Below are positions 1 through 9,264 of a stretch of DNA of 64,000 bases, piece after piece; positions within the stretch are counted from its first letter, which is position 1; every line of letters begins with the position of its first letter. The DNA comes from Proteobacteria bacterium UBA2136 (GTDB taxonomy: Bacteria; Pseudomonadota; Alphaproteobacteria; UBA2136), in contig DCXM01000006.1 of the NCBI GenBank assembly GCA_002328405.1, positions 595,407 to 659,406 on the forward strand. The letters are read 5' to 3'. The translations under genes and the position numbers were made by a program. The notes under the pieces are model-generated. The model had not been told where the DNA came from and did not search any database. It worked only from the letters and a program-made list of their open reading frames with translations.

Positions 1-1541
1 CAGACGATAACTGGGAAGACCATGCCTATGACACGGTTAAAGGTGCGGACTGGGTTGGCGATGAAGACGCCATTGACCTGATGTGCAAAGAAGCGCCACA
101 AGCGGTGCTGGACATGGACGAGATGGGTTGCCCATTTTCCCGCGAGGACGATGGTTCCATTGCGCAACGTGCTTTTGGGGGTGCCTCATTCCCTCGTACA
201 GCTTTTGCGGCGGACCGAACTGGCCACGCGATGCTTCACACTTTGTGGGAACAAGCGGTCAAGCACGGCACCCACATTTATGAAGAATATCACCTGCTGA
301 AGGTTTGCGTGGACGAAAAAACAAAGCGTGCCTGCGGTGTGATTGCGATGGATATTAAGTCCGGCCAAGTGGAATATATTGCGGCTAAAGCGGTGTTGAT
401 TGCCACCGGTGGTTATGGGCGTTTGTTTGCATCCAACACCAATGCCATGATCAATACAGGTGACGGTGTGGCCCTGGCGATGAAAGCTGGCGCCCACGCA
501 GCCGACTTGGAGTTTGTTCAGTTTCACCCAACGGGTCTAAAGTCTTCTGGGATTTTGATCAGTGAAGGTGTGCGTGGTGAAGGGGCTTACCTCATTGGTA
601 AAGACGGCAAGCGCTTTATGGAAAAATATGCGCCAAACAAGCTGGAACTGGCATCCCGTGATGTGGTTTCCCGTGCGGAAATGATGGAGATTATGAACGG
701 CAACGGTGAAGATGGTGCGATCTTTTTAGATGTCCGTCACCTTGGCCGTGAAAAGATTTTGGAAAAACTGCCACAAATTCGCCAGCTTTCCATTGACTTT
801 GAAGGGGTGGACCCTGTGGATGCGCCAATTCCTGTCAAGCCAACTTGCCACTACACCATGGGCGGTATTCGCACCAACAAGTTTGGTCACTCTAAGCTAG
901 AAGGTTTGTTTGCAGCGGGCGAGGCGGCTTGCGTTTCTGTCCACGGCGGTAACCGTTTGGGTGCTAACTCTCTGCTTGAAACCATTGTTTTTGGCAAAAT
1001 TACAGGTAAGGAAATGGTGCGTTTTGTCAACGAAGAAGGCTCCAGCGAGCCGGAAACCAACACCGATGACATGGTGGAAGTTCAAAAGATGATCGCTGAC
1101 TTGAAGGCCCGCCCGAAAGACGGTGGCGTGCGCCGTAACGAAATTCATAAACTATTGACTGAATCCTTGAACGAAAACTGCAGTGTTTTCCGTGATGAGG
1201 ATCGTTTGAATAAAGCCCTAGATGCGGTGAACAAAGCCAAAGAGCTTTACAAAAAAGTTTACATTGACGATAAGTCCGAAGCCTTTAACACTGAGCTTTT
1301 GACCACCATTGAGCTGGGCAACTTGATTGCATTGGGTGAAGCAACGGTACGCAGTGCCTTGGCCCGTACCGAGTCTCGCGGCGCGCACACCCGTGAAGAA
1401 TTCCCAGATCGTGACGATGAAAACTGGATGAAGCACACCCTTGCCATTTGGGACAATGCCAAAGAAACAGTGCGCTTGGACTATGAAGCAACCCGTGTAA
1501 CAGGTAACCCAAGATACGCACCGGTTGAGCGTAAGTACTAA
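1..1541 (+). CDS. sdhA: Succinate dehydrogenase flavoprotein subunit SdhA (5'-truncated; frame open to window edge)
   Basis: Reading frame from nt 3 is open (DDNWEDHAYDTVKGADWVGDEDAIDLMCKEAP...). Conserved SdhA/FrdA motifs HPTGL, HYTMGGI, RLGANSLLE and C-terminal RSALARTESRGAHTREEFPDRDDENW. Confidence 0.9.
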   Translation, partial: DDNWEDHAYDTVKGADWVGDEDAIDLMCKEAPQAVLDMDEMGCPFSREDDGSIAQRAFGGASFPRTAFAADRTGHAMLHTLWEQAVKHGTHIYEEYHLLKVCVDEKTKRACGVIAMDIKSGQVEYIAAKAVLIATGGYGRLFASNTNAMINTGDGVALAMKAGAHAADLEFVQFHPTGLKSSGILISEGVRGEGAYLIGKDGKRFMEKYAPNKLELASRDVVSRAEMMEIMNGNGEDGAIFLDVRHLGREKILEKLPQIRQLSIDFEGVDPVDAPIPVKPTCHYTMGGIRTNKFGHSKLEGLFAAGEAACVSVHGGNRLGANSLLETIVFGKITGKEMVRFVNEEGSSEPETNTDDMVEVQKMIADLKARPKDGGVRRNEIHKLLTESLNENCSVFRDEDRLNKALDAVNKAKELYKKVYIDDKSEAFNTELLTTIELGNLIALGEATVRSALARTESRGAHTREEFPDRDDENWMKHTLAIWDNAKETVRLDYEATRVTGNPRYAPVERKY

Positions 1542-1562
1542 AGGCGAAGGAAGGCTTAGAAA

Positions 1563-1826
1563 ATGAAGTTTTTTATGTCGATGCTTGGGTTTTTAATGCT
1601 GATTGCACTGGCCTTTTATGTGGGTTACAGCGCCGACCTTGCCCCTGTTGAAGGGGACGATTCGGCGGCGGCTTACGGCTATGGCGCGGTGGAAGAACGC
1701 CCTCAAGGGGGTATCCGCACTGGCGGCGGCGCACAGGAATCTACAGGCTTTGGCGGTTTGCAAGGCGGTCGCCCGACAGGCGCACCAGCACCACAACAAA
1801 GGTGTTTGGAAAATGCCCGTTGCTAA
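1563..1826 (+). CDS. Small hypothetical protein: one N-terminal TM helix plus Gly/Ala-rich disordered tail (doubtful coding)
   Basis: 87-aa ORF, hydrophobic N-terminus MKFFMSMLGFLMLIALAFYVGY then GGxGG-rich tail. Region is conspicuously GC-rich and open in several frames, so coding status is uncertain. Confidence 0.3.
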   Translation: MKFFMSMLGFLMLIALAFYVGYSADLAPVEGDDSAAAYGYGAVEERPQGGIRTGGGAQESTGFGGLQGGRPTGAPAPQQRCLENARC

Positions 1827-1840
1827 ATTTTAAGCATAAT

Positions 1841-1869
1841 AAAAAACCTCCCAGATGGGAGGTTTTTTA
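1841..1869. terminator. Rho-independent terminator (bidirectional, between convergent genes)
   Basis: aaaaaaCCTCCCAgaTGGGAGGtttttt: perfect 7-bp stem followed by a T-run; A-run upstream serves the minus-strand gene ending at 1882. Confidence 0.6.
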
Positions 1870-1881
1870 TCGTCTGAAAGG

Positions 1882-2340
1882 TTAAGGCACGGCGGCTAAA
1901 CGCAGCAGGCTTTTTAACAAAAAGTTTAATTTTGGACTGGGTAAATTCTGGCCATCTTTGCCAGCGAGATACCAACGTTGAGTTTTGATATCAAAGTAAA
2001 AACAATGACTTTTCCTGATCGGTGGCGCTTGCTTGAAAATGTGCAAAAGGGCGCTGACTGTGGGTTTTGTTTCACTTCGGATGATTAAAGCCGGTTGACC
2101 TTGATAGCTCATGCGTTGCACGCTGATGGATTGGTGCAAGGTCATCAAGGCAACAAGGGGGTGTTGCAGGCTGAGGGTATTTAGAGGTTCAAGGTTCAGC
2201 GGTTCAGAAAAAGATTCTTCCATAAGGGTTTGGTGGTTCGGTAGCTGGTTTTGGCGTTGGCGGGCTGCGTTGTTTTTAAAACAATCCCGCAAGGCGTCAA
2301 TTTCGTCCGCTTCCAGCAGAGTTTTGGGGTTGTGGCTCAT
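1882..2340 (-). CDS. Hypothetical protein
   Basis: 152-aa ORF with protein-like composition, convergent with sdhA and sharing its terminator. No recognisable motif. Confidence 0.45.
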   Translation of the reverse strand: MSHNPKTLLEADEIDALRDCFKNNAARQRQNQLPNHQTLMEESFSEPLNLEPLNTLSLQHPLVALMTLHQSISVQRMSYQGQPALIIRSETKPTVSALLHIFKQAPPIRKSHCFYFDIKTQRWYLAGKDGQNLPSPKLNFLLKSLLRLAAVP

Positions 2341-2474
2341 GTTTTATGCTCCAAAAGAGAGTGGTAAAGGGCATTGAAAAGGGAAATTATGTCTGATATT
2401 TCATTGCTTGTATACAAATAAGTGACCGATTTGTCAATGTTTATCGGCTGTCACAGGGCAAAAATGTAAATGGG

Positions 2475-2503
2475 GTGACTTTTGTCAGAAATGTGGCTAT
2501 AAT
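2475..2503 (+). promoter_or_regulatory. Candidate sigma70 promoter for sdhB (GTGACT - 17 bp - TATAAT)
   Basis: -35-like gtgact at 2475-2480, 17-nt spacer, perfect TATAAT at 2498-2503, about 50 nt upstream of the sdhB start. Confidence 0.35.
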
Positions 2504-2551
2504 AGCCCCATATAAATTAAGTGTAATCAAAATGACGAAACAATAAAAATT

Positions 2552-3568
2552 ATGGCTGATACAAAAAAAGTTACATTTAGAGTACAACGTGGCGAAACCG
2601 TGCAAGGGCAATATGCCTCTCGTGTGGAAGAATTTGAAGTGGAATACGGTCGTTCGACCACTGTTTTGCAAGCCTTAGAAGGCATTAAGGCTGACCAAGA
2701 TGGGTCTTTGACATTCCGCCGTTCATGCTGTGCTTCCATCTGCGGCAGTTGCGGTATGGTGATCAACAACCGCTCTCGCTTGGCGTGCAAAACCAAAGTG
2801 CGCGAATTGGTGGAAGGTATCCCTGAAAAGAACCTTCAAGGTTCTGACGTCATTGAAATTGCGCCGCAAAAAAATCAGCCTGTCATTAAAGACCTCGCTG
2901 TCGATATTTCCGAGTTTTATCAAAAGGTCGATAAAATTGATCCTTACGTGCAAGAAGGTAAAGAAGCTGACAAACAGGTGACCAAGTCATCCTTTGAGCA
3001 GGTGAACATGGTGAGTAACTGCATTATGTGCGGTTGCTGCTACTCTGACTGCACCGAAATGGTTGAAAGCCCAGACTTTTTGGGCCCAGCGGCGTTGGCC
3101 AAAGCTTTCCGCTTTGTGGCCGACCCTCGTGAAGGTCATAAAACAGAGCGCTTGCAAGAGCTTTCTGAAAAGAACGGTATTTGGGACTGTACCCGTTGCG
3201 GTATGTGTGTGGATGCCTGCCCGAAAGATGTGGCGCCAATGGAAGCCATTACCAAATTACGTACCCGTGCGATGGAAGCTGGGGTGACCGATAACCCAGG
3301 TGCCCGCCACGCCATTGCCTTTAAAAATGACATTGCCAAAGGCGGCATGCTGAACGAACCAATGCTGTTGCTGAAAACACTGGGTGTTGCAGGTGCAGTT
3401 GGTCAATTGGGTAACGCTTTGCATTTGGCTAAAAAAGGTAAAATCCCTTCTATCTTCCCGCATAAAGTGGACGATGTGCACGAAGTGGAAAGCATCTTCA
3501 AAGAGTTGGATGCCAACCCAATTGAGGTGGAAACCAAACAAGAAGACACAGGCCCAGGTGCAGGTTAA
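2552..3568 (+). CDS. sdhB: Succinate dehydrogenase/fumarate reductase iron-sulfur subunit SdhB, non-classical (4-Cys third cluster motif, ~80-aa C-terminal extension)
   Basis: [2Fe-2S] motif CCASICGSCGMVINNRSRLAC; CIMCGCCYSDC; third motif CTRCGMCVDACP (CxxCxxCxxxCP rather than classical Cx5CxxxCP). 338 aa versus ~240-260 aa for classical SdhB. Confidence 0.85.
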   Translation: MADTKKVTFRVQRGETVQGQYASRVEEFEVEYGRSTTVLQALEGIKADQDGSLTFRRSCCASICGSCGMVINNRSRLACKTKVRELVEGIPEKNLQGSDVIEIAPQKNQPVIKDLAVDISEFYQKVDKIDPYVQEGKEADKQVTKSSFEQVNMVSNCIMCGCCYSDCTEMVESPDFLGPAALAKAFRFVADPREGHKTERLQELSEKNGIWDCTRCGMCVDACPKDVAPMEAITKLRTRAMEAGVTDNPGARHAIAFKNDIAKGGMLNEPMLLLKTLGVAGAVGQLGNALHLAKKGKIPSIFPHKVDDVHEVESIFKELDANPIEVETKQEDTGPGAG

Positions 3569-3577
3569 GGAAGGTTT

Positions 3578-4015
3578 ATGGCTAAATTTTCAAACAACGA
3601 CAGCATGAATAAGACGCACCAATACCAGCGTCAAGTTTTTGGGGCAAGAAAACCGCAAAAACCCAATGATCAGTACAATAAACTGGCCGCTGTTTTTGAA
3701 GATGTGGCTGAGGCAGAACCGTTACAACCTGTACAGGTTGAAAAGGTGGAAACAAAGCTGGAAAAGCTCTTCCGCCAAAATAAAACAAAAATTATGAAAG
3801 CCCTGCGCGCCCTTGCACTGCAAGACCCCGCAATGGTGAAGTTCCGTCAAACAGGTTCCCTTGATGACCTGAAGGCGGCAACCCAAAACAGCACTTATAA
3901 CAAACATAAGTGGGACATATTGCTGAAATATGCGGACGTTTGGGACGATGATTTGAAAAATATAAGCTACTTAGAGCTGAAAAAGCTTTATGCAGTTTCA
4001 AAAATAACTGGTTAA
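3578..4015 (+). CDS. Hypothetical 145-aa basic protein between sdhB and the CCG-domain gene (possible accessory subunit)
   Basis: ORF tightly spaced (9 nt after sdhB, 20 nt before next gene). No Cys, K/Q-rich, predicted helical. Function unknown. Confidence 0.5.
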   Translation: MAKFSNNDSMNKTHQYQRQVFGARKPQKPNDQYNKLAAVFEDVAEAEPLQPVQVEKVETKLEKLFRQNKTKIMKALRALALQDPAMVKFRQTGSLDDLKAATQNSTYNKHKWDILLKYADVWDDDLKNISYLELKKLYAVSKITG

Positions 4016-4035
4016 AAATAAAAAGGACCATCAAA

Positions 4036-4932
4036 ATGGCAAAAAAAGCTTTGAATTACGCATATTACCCAGGCTGTGCTGCAAAGCAAATTCAAAAAGA
4101 GGCGGACTGGTCTGCCCGTGCGATCAGCGAAAAAATGGGCATCACACTGCATGACATGCCAAAGGCCACATGCTGTGGTGCGGGCAACTTGCAAGAGCAT
4201 GACCCAGCTGCTGGTTTGGCTGTTTGTGCGCGCATTTTCTCCCAAGCGGAAGAAATGGGGATGGACATTTGCACCATCTGCAACACTTGCTTGCAAACCT
4301 TTACCTTTGCCAACGAACGTTTGAAAAATGAGCCTGAACTGCTGGAAAAAATCAACGCTGTCCTTTCCAAAGCGGGCGTGCGTCCTTACATGGGCACCAT
4401 TGATGTTAAGCACTTGATTTGGGTGATGGTGGATGACCTTGGCATTGAAGAAGTGAAAAAACATGTGGAAAAACCACTCAATGGCTTAAAAGTAGCACCG
4501 TTTTACGGTTGCCACGCTTTGCGCCCTTATGAAGTTTTCAACGGCCGTGGTGGTCAGTCCCCTCAATATCTTGATACCATTATTGGCGCCATCGGCGGTG
4601 AGTCGGTTGACTATAACGGTAAGGACAAGTGCTGCGGCTTCCACACCATGTTGGTGCAAGAAGATACCTTCCTTAAAATGTCCGGTGGGCACAGTTTAGA
4701 AGCCAAGCGTGAAGGGGCCGAAATTATGGTTTCCCCGTGCACATTGTGTGACATGGCGCTGGGTGCTTACCAAGCCAGAAGTGAGAAGTATCTGGGGCAA
4801 AAAATTGACCTGCCAGAGATGAGTATTTCACAGCTTGTGGGCACAGCCTTCGGCTTGGACCACAAAAAATTAGGTTTCAACAGGCTTCATCAGAACCCTG
4901 AAAAAGTGTTTAAAAGCCGTGGTGTGGCATAA
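4036..4932 (+). CDS. Double CCG-domain iron-sulfur protein (HdrB/SdhE-like), putative anchor subunit of a type E-like succinate:quinone oxidoreductase
   Basis: Two Cys-rich CCG domains: C14...CCGAG...CTICNTC and C...CCGF...CTLC. No ferredoxin CxxCxxCxxxCP motifs. ~300 aa like Wolinella/Campylobacter SdhE. Co-operonic with sdhB. Confidence 0.7.
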   Translation: MAKKALNYAYYPGCAAKQIQKEADWSARAISEKMGITLHDMPKATCCGAGNLQEHDPAAGLAVCARIFSQAEEMGMDICTICNTCLQTFTFANERLKNEPELLEKINAVLSKAGVRPYMGTIDVKHLIWVMVDDLGIEEVKKHVEKPLNGLKVAPFYGCHALRPYEVFNGRGGQSPQYLDTIIGAIGGESVDYNGKDKCCGFHTMLVQEDTFLKMSGGHSLEAKREGAEIMVSPCTLCDMALGAYQARSEKYLGQKIDLPEMSISQLVGTAFGLDHKKLGFNRLHQNPEKVFKSRGVA

Positions 4933-4964
4933 AAATTTAGGTTAATTTAAAAAGGGGTTTTTGG

Positions 4965-5174
4965 ATGAAGAAATATGTAGGACTATTTATTGTTGTGGCA
5001 CTTGTGGCGACTGCGTTTGTGGTGGGCGACGCTGCGGCTAATTCTGAAGATAAAGTGATTGGTATTATTGACCGCATTTTGAACGTGATTGCCGATTTCT
5101 TCGAACGTATCTTCCAAAGCTTGGCCGATGCGATTAAAAGCATCTTCACAGGAGATGACGGCGCAAAAAAGTAG
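4965..5174 (+). CDS. Small hypothetical secreted/membrane protein
   Basis: 69-aa ORF with N-terminal hydrophobic segment MKKYVGLFIVVALVATAFVVG; weak support only. Confidence 0.3.
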   Translation: MKKYVGLFIVVALVATAFVVGDAAANSEDKVIGIIDRILNVIADFFERIFQSLADAIKSIFTGDDGAKK

Positions 5175-5471
5175 TTGAGTCAGCACCTGAAAGGGACGAA
5201 AGTTTGACCGATGAAATGAAGCGTAAGGCGATTGACGTTTATCAAGTCATCACCGAATAAATCTAAGAGTGATTATTTACGCTTTCATAAGGTATCAGCT
5301 AGTCAAACTAGCTTTCCCCTTAGTGATAACGCAAATATTCATCCCTTAGATACGGGCTGTTACAGGCGCATGTACGAACAAAATATACCTAGCCTAGATT
5401 GACATTTTGGCCTGCTTTAAGAAAATTCTCATCGCTTAGATAAGGGCTATAATGAGCGTATATATTCAAAT

Positions 5472-5503
5472 AAAAAACCACCCATTGGGGTGGTTTTTTT
5501 ATT
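5472..5503. terminator. Rho-independent terminator (serves minus-strand gene ending 5508; bidirectional)
   Basis: aaaaaaCCACCCattgGGGTGGttttttt. Confidence 0.6.
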
Positions 5504-5507
5504 ATCG

Positions 5508-5822
5508 TTATCGCCTCGTCGGTATTTTTGCATTTGTGTAGTTTCGTGGAGACCTTAATGCAAAGCTTTTAAGCCACCCAAAAAATATGTTGCCTTTAAA
5601 CTTTTTATGATTAGCTTCGGTAAAAAAGCTTTTAAGTGTGCTGTTATCCAATTTTGCTTGCTTAATGCTGTTGAAAACATCTATGCACTGGTCTTTGAAG
5701 AAGCTGTTGTCAAATTGAGCGGATTCAGTGAGTTCTCGGGCGTGCTCTAGTTTATAGCAACTAACTCGTGCAATTGTTGCCATTGATTGGTCATCACGTT
5801 TTGAAAGGGGTTGGTGTTCCAT
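5508..5822 (-). CDS. Hypothetical protein
   Basis: 104-aa ORF, co-oriented with next ORF, followed by terminator; no motif recognised. Confidence 0.4.
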   Translation of the reverse strand: MEHQPLSKRDDQSMATIARVSCYKLEHARELTESAQFDNSFFKDQCIDVFNSIKQAKLDNSTLKSFFTEANHKKFKGNIFFGWLKSFALRSPRNYTNAKIPTRR

Positions 5823-5851
5823 GTGGTATACCTCAATAAAGTAAAGTGATT

Positions 5852-6172
5852 TTAAGGTTTTACAAGCTTGTTTTGTTTGGCCCAGCGGACAATGCCTTGA
5901 AGGCAGTGTATGGGTATATTGTAACTACCATCAGGTTTTTTGTTTGATTGCGCTTGGGCAAATTTTTCAAGCTTTTCAAAGTTTTGATGAATAGCGTTGT
6001 TGCCTGGCTTTAAATTGATTTCTTTTAACAGGTTGTCCAAGTCTTCTCGTATTTGCCTGTCTTCAATGTTCAAGCGCTCTAACACACAATTTAGGGCAAT
6101 GTGCGGTGTTAAAACGAGTGTCTTAAAAAACGCATGCAACGTATTAGAATTGCTGGTGACGTGGATGGACAT
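5852..6172 (-). CDS. Hypothetical protein
   Basis: 106-aa ORF 29 nt upstream of the 5508..5822 ORF on the same strand; no motif recognised. Confidence 0.4.
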   Translation of the reverse strand: MSIHVTSNSNTLHAFFKTLVLTPHIALNCVLERLNIEDRQIREDLDNLLKEINLKPGNNAIHQNFEKLEKFAQAQSNKKPDGSYNIPIHCLQGIVRWAKQNKLVKP

Positions 6173-6377
6173 AAATCCTCCGAAAAAGGTCTGAGTAGGT
6201 TGGTGGTGTTTAGGAAAAATTTGAGGGTGTTTCTCTTTTATGTGATAACTGTATACGAATCAAAGGTAGATCGTCAATCATTAAAAATACTTAAGTGTCA
6301 ATTGCATGCTTGTCATTGTTGGTGATATCTTATAATTTAAGTGTCATTATTTCTGAAAATAAAGGTAAACATTTTAA

Positions 6378-6875
6378 ATGAAAAAAGTTCTTATTTTAGT
6401 TTTAGCTGTCGCAATTACAGCTTGCTCCCGCCAAGCAACGCTTGACCCAAACGCTATGACATATGATGAATCCCAGTCGATTGTTTCGGTTGAACGTGGA
6501 GTGATTATTGCCGTTGAGCAATCACAGGTGACCATTGACGGTCGTGACGATGCTGGTGTGGCAGGTGCCATTGTTGGTGGTCTTGCCGGTTCTCAGGTTG
6601 GTCAAGGTGGCGGACGTGACGCTGCGGTGGCCATTGGTGCTTTAGGTGCTTCTTACCTTGGTAAAAAATTAACCGAAAAAACCGAGCTGGCCTTTGTTTA
6701 CACAGTGGAACAAAAAGAAGGTGGCATTATCACCGTGGCACAAACAGGTAACATGATTAACATTGGTGAACCTGTGCTTATTCGCACCTTTGCAAATGGT
6801 CGCAAAAGCATTACGGCGGACCAATCGCAAAACCGCATTTACAACCGCACAAAAGAAACACAGTACGCGGATTAA
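6378..6875 (+). CDS. Outer-membrane lipoprotein, glycine-zipper 2TM family (SlyB/Pcp/17-kDa surface antigen-like)
   Basis: Lipoprotein signal MKKVLILVLAVAITAC; glycine-zipper GVAGAIVGGLAGSQVGQGGGRDAAVAIGALGASYLG. Confidence 0.7.
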   Translation: MKKVLILVLAVAITACSRQATLDPNAMTYDESQSIVSVERGVIIAVEQSQVTIDGRDDAGVAGAIVGGLAGSQVGQGGGRDAAVAIGALGASYLGKKLTEKTELAFVYTVEQKEGGIITVAQTGNMINIGEPVLIRTFANGRKSITADQSQNRIYNRTKETQYAD

Positions 6876-6877
6876 AC

Positions 6878-6908
6878 AAAAAAAGCCCCCACACGGGGCT
6901 TTTTATTT
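6878..6908 (+). terminator. Rho-independent terminator
   Basis: aaaaaaAGCCCCcacacGGGGCTttttatttg. Confidence 0.6.
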
Positions 6909-6952
6909 GTTAGCATTTCGCTTATACTTTTTATCAAATGAATTCAAAATAA

Positions 6953-7927
<975 letters not shown>

Positions 7928-8017
7928 ACATTAAAAACGGGGCAGGGCAGGTGCTTTTAAAGGTGCCTGCTTTGTTTTTTGTAAATGAATTTATGTTAAT
8001 AGAAAAGGGTTTTAAAA

Positions 8018-8638
8018 ATGAAAATTGCAATTATCAGTGGGTCGCACAGGCCATCAGGGCAGTCAGGTCGCATTGCGGACTTTTTGGCAAGCCGTGTTGA
8101 AAGCTTGAAAACAGGGGCTCAAACCTATGTTTTAAAACTGACCCATGACATGTTGCCACTGTGGGATGAAAGCATGTGGGGGCAAGAAGGCCAAGCCAAG
8201 GAAGCTTACGCACCCATTGCAAAAGAGCTTCAATCCTGCGATGCTGCCATTGTGATTGCGCCAGAATACAACGGCACTGCACCCGCAGCCCTTAAAAACT
8301 TTTTCCACTATGCCAGCGGCAGCGACCTTGGGCATAAAGCAGGGCTTTTGGTGGGTGTCAGCGGTTCTATCAATGGGGCATACCCCATTGCTGAAATGCG
8401 TTCCCACAGTTCAAAAAACTGTAAAATTTGCTACATGCCCGACCACTTGGTTGTGCGCCATGCCGCAGAAGTTTTAAAGGATGATGTGAAGGATGACTTT
8501 AAAGAAGACGATGCCTACATGCGTGAGCGCATTGATTATACATTAAATGTCTTCTTTGAATATGCGGAGGCGTTGAACAAGGTGCGTGAAAGTGAAGTGG
8601 TGAAAAACACGCCACAAAAGTACGCCTTCGGCCAATAA
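8018..8638 (+). CDS. NAD(P)H-dependent FMN reductase-like flavoprotein
   Basis: N-terminal MKIAIISGSHRPSGQSGR (ISGSxRxxSxS signature of the NADPH-dependent FMN reductase family); flavodoxin-like size of 206 aa. Confidence 0.55.
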   Translation: MKIAIISGSHRPSGQSGRIADFLASRVESLKTGAQTYVLKLTHDMLPLWDESMWGQEGQAKEAYAPIAKELQSCDAAIVIAPEYNGTAPAALKNFFHYASGSDLGHKAGLLVGVSGSINGAYPIAEMRSHSSKNCKICYMPDHLVVRHAAEVLKDDVKDDFKEDDAYMRERIDYTLNVFFEYAEALNKVRESEVVKNTPQKYAFGQ

Positions 8639-8764
8639 AGGAGCACTTAAGCGGTTTTATTTACGTTTTGAGATGTCTTGCCTAGGTTTCTAGGCGTCAA
8701 CATCACGCGCCGCAAATACATCTCGCTTATTTACGCCTTTTTTAATTGGATTTTATAGAATAAA

Positions 8765-8790
8765 AGAAAGCCCGCAAATGCGGGCTTTCT
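8765..8790. terminator. Rho-independent terminator (bidirectional)
   Basis: aaAGCCCGCaaatGCGGGCTtt perfect hairpin between convergent genes 8018..8638 (+) and 8809..9264 (-). Confidence 0.6.
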
Positions 8791-8808
8791 TGTCGATTTG
8801 TTGGTGAT

Positions 8809-9264
8809 TTACGCTGAAAGGTGTTGACTTTTCTGGCCTTCTTCGGGTTTGTAAATTTGCACAGGGGTAAGGAAAAACCTGTGAATCATGGAAAGGCCTT
8901 CATCGGTGCGGATTGTGGAAATGTTTTCATTTTCTAAAACAAACAGCGTCAATTCGCTTTCAGCTTCCGGTGTTTCATCGAAGTATGTTTCAATGGCTTT
9001 TTTATGGTTTTTGCCTATAGCTTTATTCATATTCCCCATATCATATATGATAGAATTGATTTGTGCTGATATACATTTAGTTCCGATGGCTTGCCAGTTT
9101 TGGCCACGAGCTCGTAAGCCTTCCAATGCGGTGCGTGTGCATATGAGTTCATACAAGGGTTTGTTGCTTGGCATAAGTTTCTCCAAAGTGGTCTTCAAAA
9201 AAGAAGGGTGGGGGTGGGTCAAAGGGTTTGATATCAAGGCAAAAATAAATTTTTGTATGATCAT
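8809..9264 (-). CDS. Hypothetical protein
   Basis: 151-aa ORF with protein-like composition, preferred over overlapping +strand ORF 8888..9454; terminated by the 8765..8790 hairpin. Confidence 0.4.
   Translation of the reverse strand: MIIQKFIFALISNPLTHPHPSFLKTTLEKLMPSNKPLYELICTRTALEGLRARGQNWQAIGTKCISAQINSIIYDMGNMNKAIGKNHKKAIETYFDETPEAESELTLFVLENENISTIRTDEGLSMIHRFFLTPVQIYKPEEGQKSQHLSA

Noticed and set aside
83-1521. Multiple 60-110-aa ORFs on both strands inside sdhA (e.g. 83..283, 186..527, 897..1148, 1285..1521)
   Set aside because: Fully embedded in and out of frame with the well-supported sdhA reading frame; low-complexity, Cys/Arg-rich translations typical of spurious ORFs.
4012-4464. 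150-aa minus-strand ORF antisense to the CCG-domain gene
   Set aside because: Lies entirely within the conserved CCG-protein frame on the opposite strand; His/Phe-rich junk-like translation.
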